Assembly (NCBI GenBank): GCA_964519305.1
Contig: CAZFHY010000010.1
Span: 64,001 to 128,000, forward strand
Reading direction: 5' to 3'
Source of the DNA: Candidatus Undinarchaeota archaeon
Lineage (GTDB): Archaea; SpSt-1190; JASMDC01
DNA: 64,000 nt
In this document: in pieces, positions 25,856-35,460 of the stretch
Layout: every line of letters begins with the position of its first letter
Numbering within the stretch: the stretch's first letter is position 1
Program-made: the position numbers and the translations under genes
Notes under the pieces: generated by a model
What the model was told of the DNA's origin: nothing
The model's database searches: none
What the model saw: the letters and a program-made list of their open reading frames with translations, nothing else

Positions 25856-26671
25856 TCAGAGCAGTTCCTCGAGCGTTCGCGGCATGTCGTTCAGGAGGTC
25901 GTCCATACTGATGCTCTCCCAGGTCACCCGCTCGGCCACGTAGCCGTAACCGATGCCGTAAGCGTGGTACGACGCGTTCAGGGCCGTTGCGACCGCATCC
26001 ATATCGATCACACCACTGGCCAGCGTCTCGCGTGCGGCCATAAGCTCTCGCACCGCAGGACGTCGATCCCGCTCGCCCCATGCCAGACGCTCCTCGAAGG
26101 CAGTTTCGGCGAACTCGGCCCCTGCGGGTAGCTCCGTGGCGCGCGCCCGGAACATGTTGGTCGCCATGTACTCTGCCTGCCCCTCAAGTGCGGCGAGGAC
26201 AGGTACAGCATCGATGAGGGAGCGGATGTAGTCGCCATGGGTCTCGTCCCGTTGCCGGGCCAGCTCCTTCTGGAGCCCCGCGCCGATGAGCGCGCCGTGG
26301 TTCGCCTGGTAGGCATGGACGAGCTCGTGAGCGAGCACGTACACCAGCTCGCCATCCTGCTCAGGATCAGTGAGGTCCGGTGTTACGACACGGTCCGATA
26401 TGAGCACCCGGTGGTTCAGGTCGTCGTACATACCTTTGTTGCCATGGTAATGTACCGCGGCGTCATGGATGGTCGCCTCATCGGCCTCTACACCCAGGTG
26501 ATCGCAGATATCACGGGCCAATCCTTCATACACGGCAACATCGGCGATGACCACTTCCGGTAGCGGGCCGAAAGCGATCCCGAACTCATCCTCGTAAGCG
26601 GTGACTATGTCATCCATAAGCGAATCGTAGGCATCCACGACAGGACGCCCGTCCCTTTCAATGTCGTACAT
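25856..26671 (-). CDS. Zincin-like metalloprotease
   Basis: VLAHELVHAYQ followed by the EGQAEY third-ligand motif. Confidence 0.72.
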   Translation of the reverse strand: MYDIERDGRPVVDAYDSLMDDIVTAYEDEFGIAFGPLPEVVIADVAVYEGLARDICDHLGVEADEATIHDAAVHYHGNKGMYDDLNHRVLISDRVVTPDLTDPEQDGELVYVLAHELVHAYQANHGALIGAGLQKELARQRDETHGDYIRSLIDAVPVLAALEGQAEYMATNMFRARATELPAGAEFAETAFEERLAWGERDRRPAVRELMAARETLASGVIDMDAVATALNASYHAYGIGYGYVAERVTWESISMDDLLNDMPRTLEELL

Positions 26672-26684
26672 GTCGCAGGTAAAT

Positions 26685-26698
26685 TTAGGCTTACCTTA
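26685..26698. promoter_or_regulatory. DtxR-like operator overlapping a TATA box
   Basis: TTAGG-CTTA-CCTTA 14-27 nt upstream of ATG 26671. Confidence 0.6.
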
Positions 26699-26740
26699 TA
26701 TTCGTTACTATTCTGTACAAGAATCGCTCCGGAAGATCCC

Positions 26741-28564
26741 TCAGCAGCCCTCGATGCGTGTCACGTACTCGTACCCCTTGCTCGTATGCACGGGGATGAG
26801 CGGATACATCTCAACGGGGACGTTCGTATCGCCCCGTACCCGCACGACTATACCGCGCGACCGCACCTTGTAGGCAGGACGATCGGCCGTGTCGGTCGTG
26901 GCGTGGGCAAGGAGAAGGTACGTACCTGCGTCCACCTCGGGGAACTCGTACTTACCCTCCTCGTCGGCGACCACTGTGACAACGGAGCCCGGGTAGCCGT
27001 CCAAGGGTACCATGTGGAGGCGGACGGCACGGGGCGGCACTCCGTCCACGTAGGCCAGCGTGCGCTCGCCCACTGCTTTCGTACGCCGGTCACCTGAGCA
27101 CGATATCCGGTCCTTGACGAACACGCGGCCGTGCACCCTGCCCTTGTTCCCCAGCTCCACGTCCTTTGTGAGATGGCCGGAGAGCTCTACACGCTCGATG
27201 AGACGACCAAGCCCGGGAGGACTGCTTGCCTCAACGACAAGGGTGTGCTCACCACAGGGTACCTTCGTCCGCTCCAGACGGCCTCCCTCGAATGGATGGA
27301 GACAGGTGTCCAGCCATGCCTGACCGTCAACGGGAGCGTTCCCAGGTCCGGTAACGGTGAGCTCCAGCTCGCATCCGCCGCTCCCGCACAGGTCATCCAC
27401 TGCTGGCGGGTGCTCCTGGCCGAACCGGGCATAAGGATCCACACCGGTTAAGTAGGGGTCGAGCACGAAGGCGAACTCAAGCGGTCGTCCCTCTGTCCGG
27501 ACGCCCATAGCCACCGGTCTGAGGTCCCGCAGGACCATCATAACATTGAACTGGGCGGTATAGCTCACGTTGTACCTGCTCAGGCAGATGGGCTCGTCGG
27601 CATCGCGTCGGTCGATGAACGGGAAAGGGACAGGTACGTATTCCACGTGCTTCGTGCTCTCCTGCTGGGTACCAGGATTGGCCGACAGTGTCATATCGAC
27701 ATGCTCTCGTACCATCTCCATGGACCACTCGATGTCAGGCTCGTCCTTTGCAGCGCTACGCTGTCGCTGAAGCTCCTTTGCTACCGACAGCTGTGCGTTC
27801 TCCACGAAGGGCTGGGCCATGTCGCGCTTAGTGGCGATGATACGCTGTTTGTTGCACGCCATGGTCTCGCCGATGCCACCAGGTGGGCTGGGGATACGGT
27901 CGTCGTTGATGATACCGGAAAGGAGGTTGCGTTCCATGTACCGCTCCTTCTCGTACGTCTCAAGATAGGCCTTGGCCCGGGACCAAAGGGTACGCAGACG
28001 CAGGGGAAGGGTGATGGTCATGTCCTCCACCGAACGGATCGCCTTATCGTCCCCCTGGAGGTGGTAGGTGAGCTCGAGCGTCGCCTCAACCCCCTCCTCC
28101 TGTAGCGTCGCTATGATCCGTGGCGCGCCGAAGACGACCTGGGCCTTCTCGCCCGCGCGGATCGCCTCGAGGCGCGGGACCAAGCGTCGGGTGGACTCCT
28201 GAGAGAGGAGACCCTCCATGACCTGCACCGATGGGAAGAGCACCAAACGGCCCTTCTGAAGATAGACGGGGCGTTTGTTCACCACAGGCCCCGGTAACGA
28301 GTTGGACGTGTAGCCACCGCGCCGTCCCAGCTCGTACACGGACTCCTCCACAGAGTCGCGGAGAGCGCTCTCGATGACGTCAGAAAGGTCGCGTAGGCGG
28401 TCCACGGTCGCCTTCACCTCCCCTGCCGCGGTCCGGGCCTCACGCTCGGTCTTGCTACCGCGCAGGACGAAGGAGACGATCACAAGAACGGCAATGGAGA
28501 TAGCTATGAGGCCGATGAGGCTTATCTGGGCACGCGCACGTTCCCGTACGATCCGGCCGCGCAT
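26741..28564 (-). CDS. Large pilin-like protein with a class III signal peptide
   Basis: MRGRIVRERARA-Q-ISLIGLIAISIAVLVIV (basic leader, AQ junction, hydrophobic N-terminus); ELGRRGGY helix; beta-rich C-terminus. Confidence 0.65.
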   Translation of the reverse strand: MRGRIVRERARAQISLIGLIAISIAVLVIVSFVLRGSKTEREARTAAGEVKATVDRLRDLSDVIESALRDSVEESVYELGRRGGYTSNSLPGPVVNKRPVYLQKGRLVLFPSVQVMEGLLSQESTRRLVPRLEAIRAGEKAQVVFGAPRIIATLQEEGVEATLELTYHLQGDDKAIRSVEDMTITLPLRLRTLWSRAKAYLETYEKERYMERNLLSGIINDDRIPSPPGGIGETMACNKQRIIATKRDMAQPFVENAQLSVAKELQRQRSAAKDEPDIEWSMEMVREHVDMTLSANPGTQQESTKHVEYVPVPFPFIDRRDADEPICLSRYNVSYTAQFNVMMVLRDLRPVAMGVRTEGRPLEFAFVLDPYLTGVDPYARFGQEHPPAVDDLCGSGGCELELTVTGPGNAPVDGQAWLDTCLHPFEGGRLERTKVPCGEHTLVVEASSPPGLGRLIERVELSGHLTKDVELGNKGRVHGRVFVKDRISCSGDRRTKAVGERTLAYVDGVPPRAVRLHMVPLDGYPGSVVTVVADEEGKYEFPEVDAGTYLLLAHATTDTADRPAYKVRSRGIVVRVRGDTNVPVEMYPLIPVHTSKGYEYVTRIEGC

Positions 28565-31401
28565 CAGCAAACCACCCCCTCAAGATTGCGCCAGTTACCC
28601 GGATTACCGGAGAGCTGGACCCGTGTCGTGTCCGAGGTCTCGTCCCCGGTGTTATCGCGGACCGTCACCACCACATCGAGCGGCATGGCATGCTCGGGTG
28701 TCGGACAAAGGCGGATGGCTGACAGGTGGAGACGGACTCCGACACTGGTGCGATAAACGAAAGCGACGGTGTCGCTCACGTCATGCGCACCCACCCTGAC
28801 GGAGAAGCTATCCTTGTCGATCGTCTCTCCGCCCTCGAGGTCCATCAGGACGTCCATATCGAACCCGAGCCCCGCCAGGAGCAGGAATAGTGGCCGCTCC
28901 TTGGTCCCCGGCTCCACGCTCAGGATGCGCATGGACAAGGGGACGTGCTCAAGCACTTCCAGCTGGGTCCGGGCCTGACCGGTCCGTCCGAGGTGGTTCA
29001 CCGCAAGTGTCAGGTGGTCCGCCTCCGTGCTCTCCCCATGGAGGTACACGACAACGGTCCAGGTGCCGGTGTGCCGGTCATAGGTGGCCGAGGTCACGTC
29101 CGCCCGAACTGTACTATCGCCACCGCCCAGGTGCGCGGTCATGGCCGAGACGGGTACGTACGGGATATCCTTGTCACCGGTGTCGGTTATGCGCAGACCG
29201 AGACGCACAGTGGCCCCATGCTCCACCGATGCTCGCGATAACCTGCGCGGTGCCACCGAGATCACCTCGATGTCCATCTCGCTCTGCTCCAGGGGGTACC
29301 ATACCTCGAACGGCCTGCGGACGAGGTGCATATCGTCACCGACATTGAGCATGAGGAACGCGTCGTAACGTCCCGGTGCGAGCGTGTGGTTGAAGGCCGT
29401 GGTGAAGGTCCACTCGTTGACGCTTCCGTCGAAGGAGATTCCTGGCGGAGGCCCGCCCGTGCCGCCCAGGAAGCTAGACGCTTCCAGCTCCTCGTGGACG
29501 CGCTTGTCGGCCACGCGATCGTCCATCTTCACGACCCCGGTCCAGGTCAAGGCCACACCATCGCCCATGTCATTGGTGCGCACGTGGATGGGTTTGAAGT
29601 CCTTGACCTCGAAGGTGAAATCCGGTAGCTGGCATCCGGCGAGAGTGCACACCTGACCCGCGGTACATGGGGAGAGCGCCTGGTCCGACGGATCGAGGCA
29701 CACGCACGTGCCTGAGCAGATCTCGCCCACCTCCACGCACGAGAGGGTCTCCACTCCCCGCTTGGCCACGCAGGCACCGCGGGTCCGGACGACCGTGAAC
29801 GGCGATGTCGAGGCAGAGGGGGATGAACATGCAGTGGCGCTCCCTGGCATCGGGAGGCAGGTGTCCTGATATTCGCACACGTCCCGCGGCATACCGTTCT
29901 CATCGAAGCATAGGCAGAGAGGGAAGGCGGAAGACGTGGGATGGCAGGTCATCCGGGGGCCGATGCATGGGATACTGGTGTCGAGCACGGGAAGGGAGCC
30001 TCCGAAGCAAAGGTCGGAGTGCACGGAATCCTGCCTAGGTCGCCAATCCACAATCTCGAACGTCTTGATACCGGTGGCGACCTTCTCACCACCCTGGTAG
30101 ACCTCCATCTCGACCTCGTACATCCCAGGATCTAGCTCCTCCTCAAGTTCGAGGTCGGCGGGCTCGCAGCCGCCGGAGCTCGTCCGGGTCACGATGTTGC
30201 CATCGCTGTCGGTGATAGTGACTTCGCACAGCTCACCTTCTCCGGTGGGGAACACGGCGAGGTTCTCTCCCGGCGAGTACACATCCTTGTCCGTCGTGAT
30301 CTCGACAGTCCCCTCTCCCGTCTCGGCGAAGGTGAACGTTGCTGTACCCGTGCTCGTCGAATCGCCCCGGGTGGCACGTGCGCGGACCAGGTAGTCGCCG
30401 GGGACCAGCCCGGCCGTGCCCAACCGGACATTGTCGCACGAGGCGAGGTCGAGCTCATCCCATCGATGCCCCTCCAGGTCGAGCACGGTAACCTCGCACC
30501 GGTCTACATCACCATCGACGGACAGGTCGACCTCGAAGGACGAACCGGTGACCGTGGTACTGCCGACGTCCACTGAGACCGTCAGGTCCGCACGGGTGGA
30601 TTCCAGAGGTGTGCGCGCGGTGGATATCCGGGGCAGGTCGCCCCATGTGTCAATCGCGATCAATACCAGCTCGGCCCCTTCCTCGACAAGGAGCCCTGTC
30701 GTCGGGAGCACGAAGGGATCACAGGCCGGTGAGACCGCGCTCAGCGCAGGGCGCGCCTCTCCCGATTGCATGATGGCGGCGATGCAGAGCGATCCCTGGA
30801 GACGGGGGATGTTGAACGCGTCGCCGATGACGAGCGCACCAGCGAGCTCCTTTACTGAGGAAGGGATGTCCAGCGGGTTGTTCTTGCCTGATACAGTGAA
30901 GGTGGAGAGGGTGGGCGAATCGCGCACGTCCTCGACGACCGCGCGGTAGGCCGGATAGCGGATCGAGAGCTCGCGTTTCTGAGCAAGCATCCCGGGAGCG
31001 AGGGTGAACTGTCGGGACCGGTACTCGTGGGAGAGCCGGACGCGGACACCATCTTCGCCCCATACGTCCTCCCAGCCGATCTCCTCGATGCCGAAGGCTG
31101 GCTCATCGTTCACCGTGAAGATGATCCTGCCCGTTGAAGTATCACGCCAGGGTTTGCAGTCCGCAGCCGGAGCAGCGATACGGCACCGCGTCTGCAGGTC
31201 GGCGTCCGTCAGTGCAGCAGCTGCGGTCGGCTCGAGGTTGAAGGTGATGATGGCGGTCTGTCCATCGAGCGACGCGAAGTCCACTTCCTCCGTCACCGAT
31301 GAGGAGATGATGGCCATCACAGGCACGGATACGAGCAGGAGCGTAACGAGCAGTGGAAGGAAAGGGAAATTCATCCGGTCCTTCTTCGCAGGAGGCACCA
31401 T
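28564..31401 (-). CDS. Large secreted Ig-like / Cys-rich protein
   Basis: Start ATG 31401 fits the TTTTATAA box at about 31427-31434; Sec-type signal; TTDKDVYSPGE Ig-like motif; central Cys-rich block. Confidence 0.75.
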   Translation of the reverse strand: MVPPAKKDRMNFPFLPLLVTLLLVSVPVMAIISSSVTEEVDFASLDGQTAIITFNLEPTAAAALTDADLQTRCRIAAPAADCKPWRDTSTGRIIFTVNDEPAFGIEEIGWEDVWGEDGVRVRLSHEYRSRQFTLAPGMLAQKRELSIRYPAYRAVVEDVRDSPTLSTFTVSGKNNPLDIPSSVKELAGALVIGDAFNIPRLQGSLCIAAIMQSGEARPALSAVSPACDPFVLPTTGLLVEEGAELVLIAIDTWGDLPRISTARTPLESTRADLTVSVDVGSTTVTGSSFEVDLSVDGDVDRCEVTVLDLEGHRWDELDLASCDNVRLGTAGLVPGDYLVRARATRGDSTSTGTATFTFAETGEGTVEITTDKDVYSPGENLAVFPTGEGELCEVTITDSDGNIVTRTSSGGCEPADLELEEELDPGMYEVEMEVYQGGEKVATGIKTFEIVDWRPRQDSVHSDLCFGGSLPVLDTSIPCIGPRMTCHPTSSAFPLCLCFDENGMPRDVCEYQDTCLPMPGSATACSSPSASTSPFTVVRTRGACVAKRGVETLSCVEVGEICSGTCVCLDPSDQALSPCTAGQVCTLAGCQLPDFTFEVKDFKPIHVRTNDMGDGVALTWTGVVKMDDRVADKRVHEELEASSFLGGTGGPPPGISFDGSVNEWTFTTAFNHTLAPGRYDAFLMLNVGDDMHLVRRPFEVWYPLEQSEMDIEVISVAPRRLSRASVEHGATVRLGLRITDTGDKDIPYVPVSAMTAHLGGGDSTVRADVTSATYDRHTGTWTVVVYLHGESTEADHLTLAVNHLGRTGQARTQLEVLEHVPLSMRILSVEPGTKERPLFLLLAGLGFDMDVLMDLEGGETIDKDSFSVRVGAHDVSDTVAFVYRTSVGVRLHLSAIRLCPTPEHAMPLDVVVTVRDNTGDETSDTTRVQLSGNPGNWRNLEGVVC

Positions 31402-31500
31402 CCGCCCATCACCACCGCGCATTCCTTTATAAAACGAAGGAGAGAGAACGCACGTCGGCCCCCCCTCTCCGTGTCCCCCTTCATCGTTAACCATTCATCA

Positions 31501-34500
31501 TTACCTCCGTGTTGTGCATGTGCACTCGCACTTGTCGGTCACGAGAGTGCAGCTCTCGGGCTCGATGGTGAGCGTACAGGTCGGCAGACAGGCGTCGCAC
31601 GATACCTCCAGGTAGCAGTCGCCCACGGTGAAGGACGCGTCGATGGGCTGGCGCGGACCCTCGCCCTCCCAGACACCTTCTTCGAGCTCCAGGCGGGAGT
31701 AAGGATGGGCCGTCGAGTCCATATCCTCATCCAGCCAGGTCGTGCCGTCCCTATCACGGACAATGACGTGGAGGCCCATGGTGCTGCCACCGGGCGGATC
31801 GTTGAACGCTCCGAAGACCGGGCCCTGGAGGGCGAAGACATCGTTGTGCTCAAGGCCGGTGACGTCCTGCGTGACACGGGAATTGGTGACCTCACGCCCG
31901 TCGGCCAGCTGCGCCCATGCCTCGATCGTGCCCGCGAACATCGTACTCGCGGAATTCTCCACGGTCACCTCGAACGTGACGGGCTCACGGACAGCGGCAG
32001 CGTCCATGGCCATACCATCGCTGTCCAGGAACGCGGCCTTGGTCACCCTGGCCCGTCCCTCCTTGACCTCGATGTGTCCCTGTGGGAACTCGGGAACTGC
32101 CCGTTCCCGCTCATACAGACACCCGGCCGTCATCTCCGGACCCGTGCAGCTGTCATGATCGAATCCCTTCTCGGGCAGGACCATGTCCAGGACCGGCTGG
32201 CCATCGCTGTCGAGCAGACGGACGCCGATCTGGAGCGGCCAGCCAAGATGGTCTTCTGTCAGGGCGACCGGCTCGGTCATGAGCTCGATGTGCTCACCGG
32301 TCCCGTTGAGTACGGTCACGGTCCTGCTCCCGGCGAGCTCCTGCCCTGCTCCGAGCACTGCGTAGACCTCTGCCGTAACGGGCGCCTTTGTGTTGGAGAT
32401 ACGGACTCGACCTGCCACCTCCATCCCGGGGTTGCCCTCAGAGATAGGGGTCCCGAGTTCAGCATCCACGAACGAGCCATGGACGACCGCTGCGTCACCG
32501 ATCTCGACAATATGAGATAGCACCCCGTCGGCCCAGGCCACGCCCTCACCTTCGGTGTCCAGGACGTCGATCTCGAGCTGGATTGTAGTGCCTGACAGCC
32601 CGTGTTCGAGCGTGAACGGGTCAGAGAGGTAGTCCCAGGACTCACCGGGTGGTAGCAGTGGCATGCGGATAGCGCCTAGTTCGATGAATCCCTCCTCGCA
32701 CGTACAGGGGCAGGAACCGCCCCCGGTGCAAGCAGAGCAGTCGCACTCCCCAATGACGCGGAGCCGTGCGTTCGCACGGCCTAGTTCGAAGGTGCCATCG
32801 CCAGTGTTCTCCACCTCTGCGTACACTCGGACGAGGTCTCCTGCATGGAAGGTGCGGACCGCGGTCGGGTTCACCCGGAGTATGTTGAGGGTGGGTATCT
32901 TGAGCCACGATGGGACCATCTTCCGTATGAATTCCATTGGCCTCGGGGCGGGTCTGTTACGGGGGGCCGTACTGCTGCCCGGGGAGCTGTCGGGCTTCGT
33001 ACCACCACCCGAGCTCCCACTGCTGGACGACGAGGGCCTCCCCCCCCTACGGTATTGCCTCCTACGGTCACCCACCCCTCGTGGCGTTGAGTACCGGAAG
33101 CACTGGTCCATGTTCAAGAACAGCTTGTTAGGATCCAGTCGGGCAAGGTTGCCCAGTGCCATCCGTTGCCCCTTGGCCCAGGTGTCGGTCTCCCGGACCT
33201 GGAGCTGTGCACCACCCTTCAGTTCGGACTCGCACCGGCCCGGAGGTTTCCCGCATCCGGCCTTCGGTGCGTCCTTGACGATCCTCTGGACGGTCTGCTT
33301 GACCTGCTGGGGGGACTTGCCTCCACTGCTGCTGCCTGCCTGCTTGTCCTTCCCCTCGTCCTTGAGGTTGAACCTGCCGCAGTACTTGGACCACTCCTTG
33401 TCACCCCGGTAACCAACCGTGGCGACCATCAGGCCACGGGCCTTGCGCACGTGTTCAGCGGCCTGGTCCAGGGTGGCCGCATGGGCAGGGGCCATGCCGA
33501 GCCGCTTCTGGAGCCAGCCGCCAGCGGCCTGCATGCGCTGTCCCCAGCCGCCTCCACCGATGCCCCCGCCCACGTCGCGTGCCATGGGACCCTTGGTGAG
33601 GGTCACCAGCTTGGTTATGTCGGTCTGGAACGCGGCGAGCCCGGCACCGTCCTTGGCGTTCGCCGAGGCCGTGTTCACCAGGGCGTCGATGCGGCTCTGA
33701 GCCCCGGCCACGGGTTGCCCTGTCCGCATGGCCGTCCCGACGTCGCCGGCCACGCCCCTGAGCCCGGAGCTCACTGGACCGAGGTTCCCGGTGAGCCCGT
33801 CGAGCTTCCCGCGGTCAGAGGACACACGCTGCTGGAGGCTGCAGGGATCGAGGGTGGCGCCACCCAGGGAGGCGGACCCGTCCACGGTGCAGGCGTCCTT
33901 GACGTCGGCGAGCGCCTGCTGGCAGGCCGCGAGCATTGCAGGGACGGTGATGACCGTGCGCGAGGGCGCGGTGACCAGCGTCGCCTTGGGCTGACTGCAC
34001 GACTTGTCCTTCCCGCGTCCTGCCTTGCACGTGTGGACGCCATCCTTTCGCTCGACCTTCGTGACCTCGCCGCAGCCCTTGGAGGCGTCGCACTTCTCGC
34101 CCGAGGAGGACGGCCCCCCGACCTCGCACGCGTCGGCATAAGCGCACGGCACGACCGCGCAGAGCGGGCACTTCGCCGCGTTCTTCTCGGCCTCCCCCGG
34201 CGGTGGCGGGGTGGCCGCAGACGAGCCTGTGTCGCTCGGATATGACCCTTTCCCGGCCGTCATCGGATTGGGCTTCCCGCCCATCTCGCGGCAGGCGCGT
34301 TCGAGCCGTTCCGCGATGAGCTCGGGGTAGCGCGGGCCCATCCCTTTCTTCCTGCAATAGTAGTTGGCGTTGTTCCACCTAGTGCCGGGGCCGTAGTAGT
34401 GGACGCACGACGCCATCATGGCATCGTACAGCCCCATGCCACGCTTCCGGTTACTGATGGCCCGGGTCATGGCGCTGCCCCCGCGGTTGAACCCGAACTC

Positions 34501-35457
34501 CACGAGGGCCAGCGCCTCGCTGGGTGACGCGCCGAGCTTCTGGGCCTTGTCCAGCTGGTGCCGCAACTCCTTCATCCCGAGGTCGATGCCGATCCTTGCG
34601 TTCCCCTTGCACTTGCAGTACAGCGGATGGCCCTTCTGCACCCGACACGGGTAGTCCACCTGCATGATGCCACCGCAGTTCGCACTGGGATTGCACGTCG
34701 ACTCCTGCATCATGAGCGCGGTCGCCTGGAGGGGGTCGACGCGCCCTGCGAGGCCGTGCTTGGCCAGATGCTCCTTGACGAGCCCGAGGTACGGTGCACA
34801 CCTCCCAAGGCTGGTCTGGGGCAGCTTGCTCAGGTCGCCGCCCTCGCAGCTAGGAAGCTCGCCCTTGCCCTCATTCTGATCTCCCCCCTCGTCCTTCTTC
34901 TCGTCACCCTTGCACGTCTTGAGATCCTTGCGCTCGCACGTCTGCTTGACAGCGCGGTCGCACACGGTAGGACCGAACCCCGTATCCGCGGCCACCTTGG
35001 CTGCCGTGAGACCGGCGAGGGCCGGGTCACAGCCATCGAGCCCCAGCGCCTTCACCTTCTGGAGGGCGGCCTGGCATCCCTGGCACTGCTTGGCGAACCC
35101 CGCCTCTATCAGAGCGAGGTTGCCTGAGAGCGCTTTATAGTGCCCCGCCATCTTGTCGATCGCCCCTGCCATGTCATTGAGGTATCCGGGCATGTTCCGG
35201 TAGGTCCGCCCGCACTGGACGTTCAGGTCAGAGACGGACATTGGGCCCGGGCCGGCACCAGGGTCACCGGGCGCTTTCCCGGAAACATCGGCGCGTGTGA
35301 ACTCCCCGCTCCCACTGTCGGCATTCTTCAACGAGCCCTGCTCGTGGCCGTCAGTGATATCCTTGCGCGTCTGGCCGGCCGCTGTGACGAACGGTAGGAG
35401 CGCGATGACAAGTAGGAGCGTCAGGAGCACTGCTGCGCGACGCTCGCGGACCGCCAT
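31501..35457 (-). CDS. Giant secreted Cys-rich protein with a lytic transglycosylase (SLT-like) domain and a C-terminal Ig/CARDB-like region
   Basis: Signal peptide; ALMMQES..N..CGGIMQV..FGFNRG; paralogous to 35461-41103. Confidence 0.78.
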   Translation of the reverse strand: MAVRERRAAVLLTLLLVIALLPFVTAAGQTRKDITDGHEQGSLKNADSGSGEFTRADVSGKAPGDPGAGPGPMSVSDLNVQCGRTYRNMPGYLNDMAGAIDKMAGHYKALSGNLALIEAGFAKQCQGCQAALQKVKALGLDGCDPALAGLTAAKVAADTGFGPTVCDRAVKQTCERKDLKTCKGDEKKDEGGDQNEGKGELPSCEGGDLSKLPQTSLGRCAPYLGLVKEHLAKHGLAGRVDPLQATALMMQESTCNPSANCGGIMQVDYPCRVQKGHPLYCKCKGNARIGIDLGMKELRHQLDKAQKLGASPSEALALVEFGFNRGGSAMTRAISNRKRGMGLYDAMMASCVHYYGPGTRWNNANYYCRKKGMGPRYPELIAERLERACREMGGKPNPMTAGKGSYPSDTGSSAATPPPPGEAEKNAAKCPLCAVVPCAYADACEVGGPSSSGEKCDASKGCGEVTKVERKDGVHTCKAGRGKDKSCSQPKATLVTAPSRTVITVPAMLAACQQALADVKDACTVDGSASLGGATLDPCSLQQRVSSDRGKLDGLTGNLGPVSSGLRGVAGDVGTAMRTGQPVAGAQSRIDALVNTASANAKDGAGLAAFQTDITKLVTLTKGPMARDVGGGIGGGGWGQRMQAAGGWLQKRLGMAPAHAATLDQAAEHVRKARGLMVATVGYRGDKEWSKYCGRFNLKDEGKDKQAGSSSGGKSPQQVKQTVQRIVKDAPKAGCGKPPGRCESELKGGAQLQVRETDTWAKGQRMALGNLARLDPNKLFLNMDQCFRYSTPRGVGDRRRQYRRGGRPSSSSSGSSGGGTKPDSSPGSSTAPRNRPAPRPMEFIRKMVPSWLKIPTLNILRVNPTAVRTFHAGDLVRVYAEVENTGDGTFELGRANARLRVIGECDCSACTGGGSCPCTCEEGFIELGAIRMPLLPPGESWDYLSDPFTLEHGLSGTTIQLEIDVLDTEGEGVAWADGVLSHIVEIGDAAVVHGSFVDAELGTPISEGNPGMEVAGRVRISNTKAPVTAEVYAVLGAGQELAGSRTVTVLNGTGEHIELMTEPVALTEDHLGWPLQIGVRLLDSDGQPVLDMVLPEKGFDHDSCTGPEMTAGCLYERERAVPEFPQGHIEVKEGRARVTKAAFLDSDGMAMDAAAVREPVTFEVTVENSASTMFAGTIEAWAQLADGREVTNSRVTQDVTGLEHNDVFALQGPVFGAFNDPPGGSTMGLHVIVRDRDGTTWLDEDMDSTAHPYSRLELEEGVWEGEGPRQPIDASFTVGDCYLEVSCDACLPTCTLTIEPESCTLVTDKCECTCTTRR

Positions 35458-35460
35458 CGA

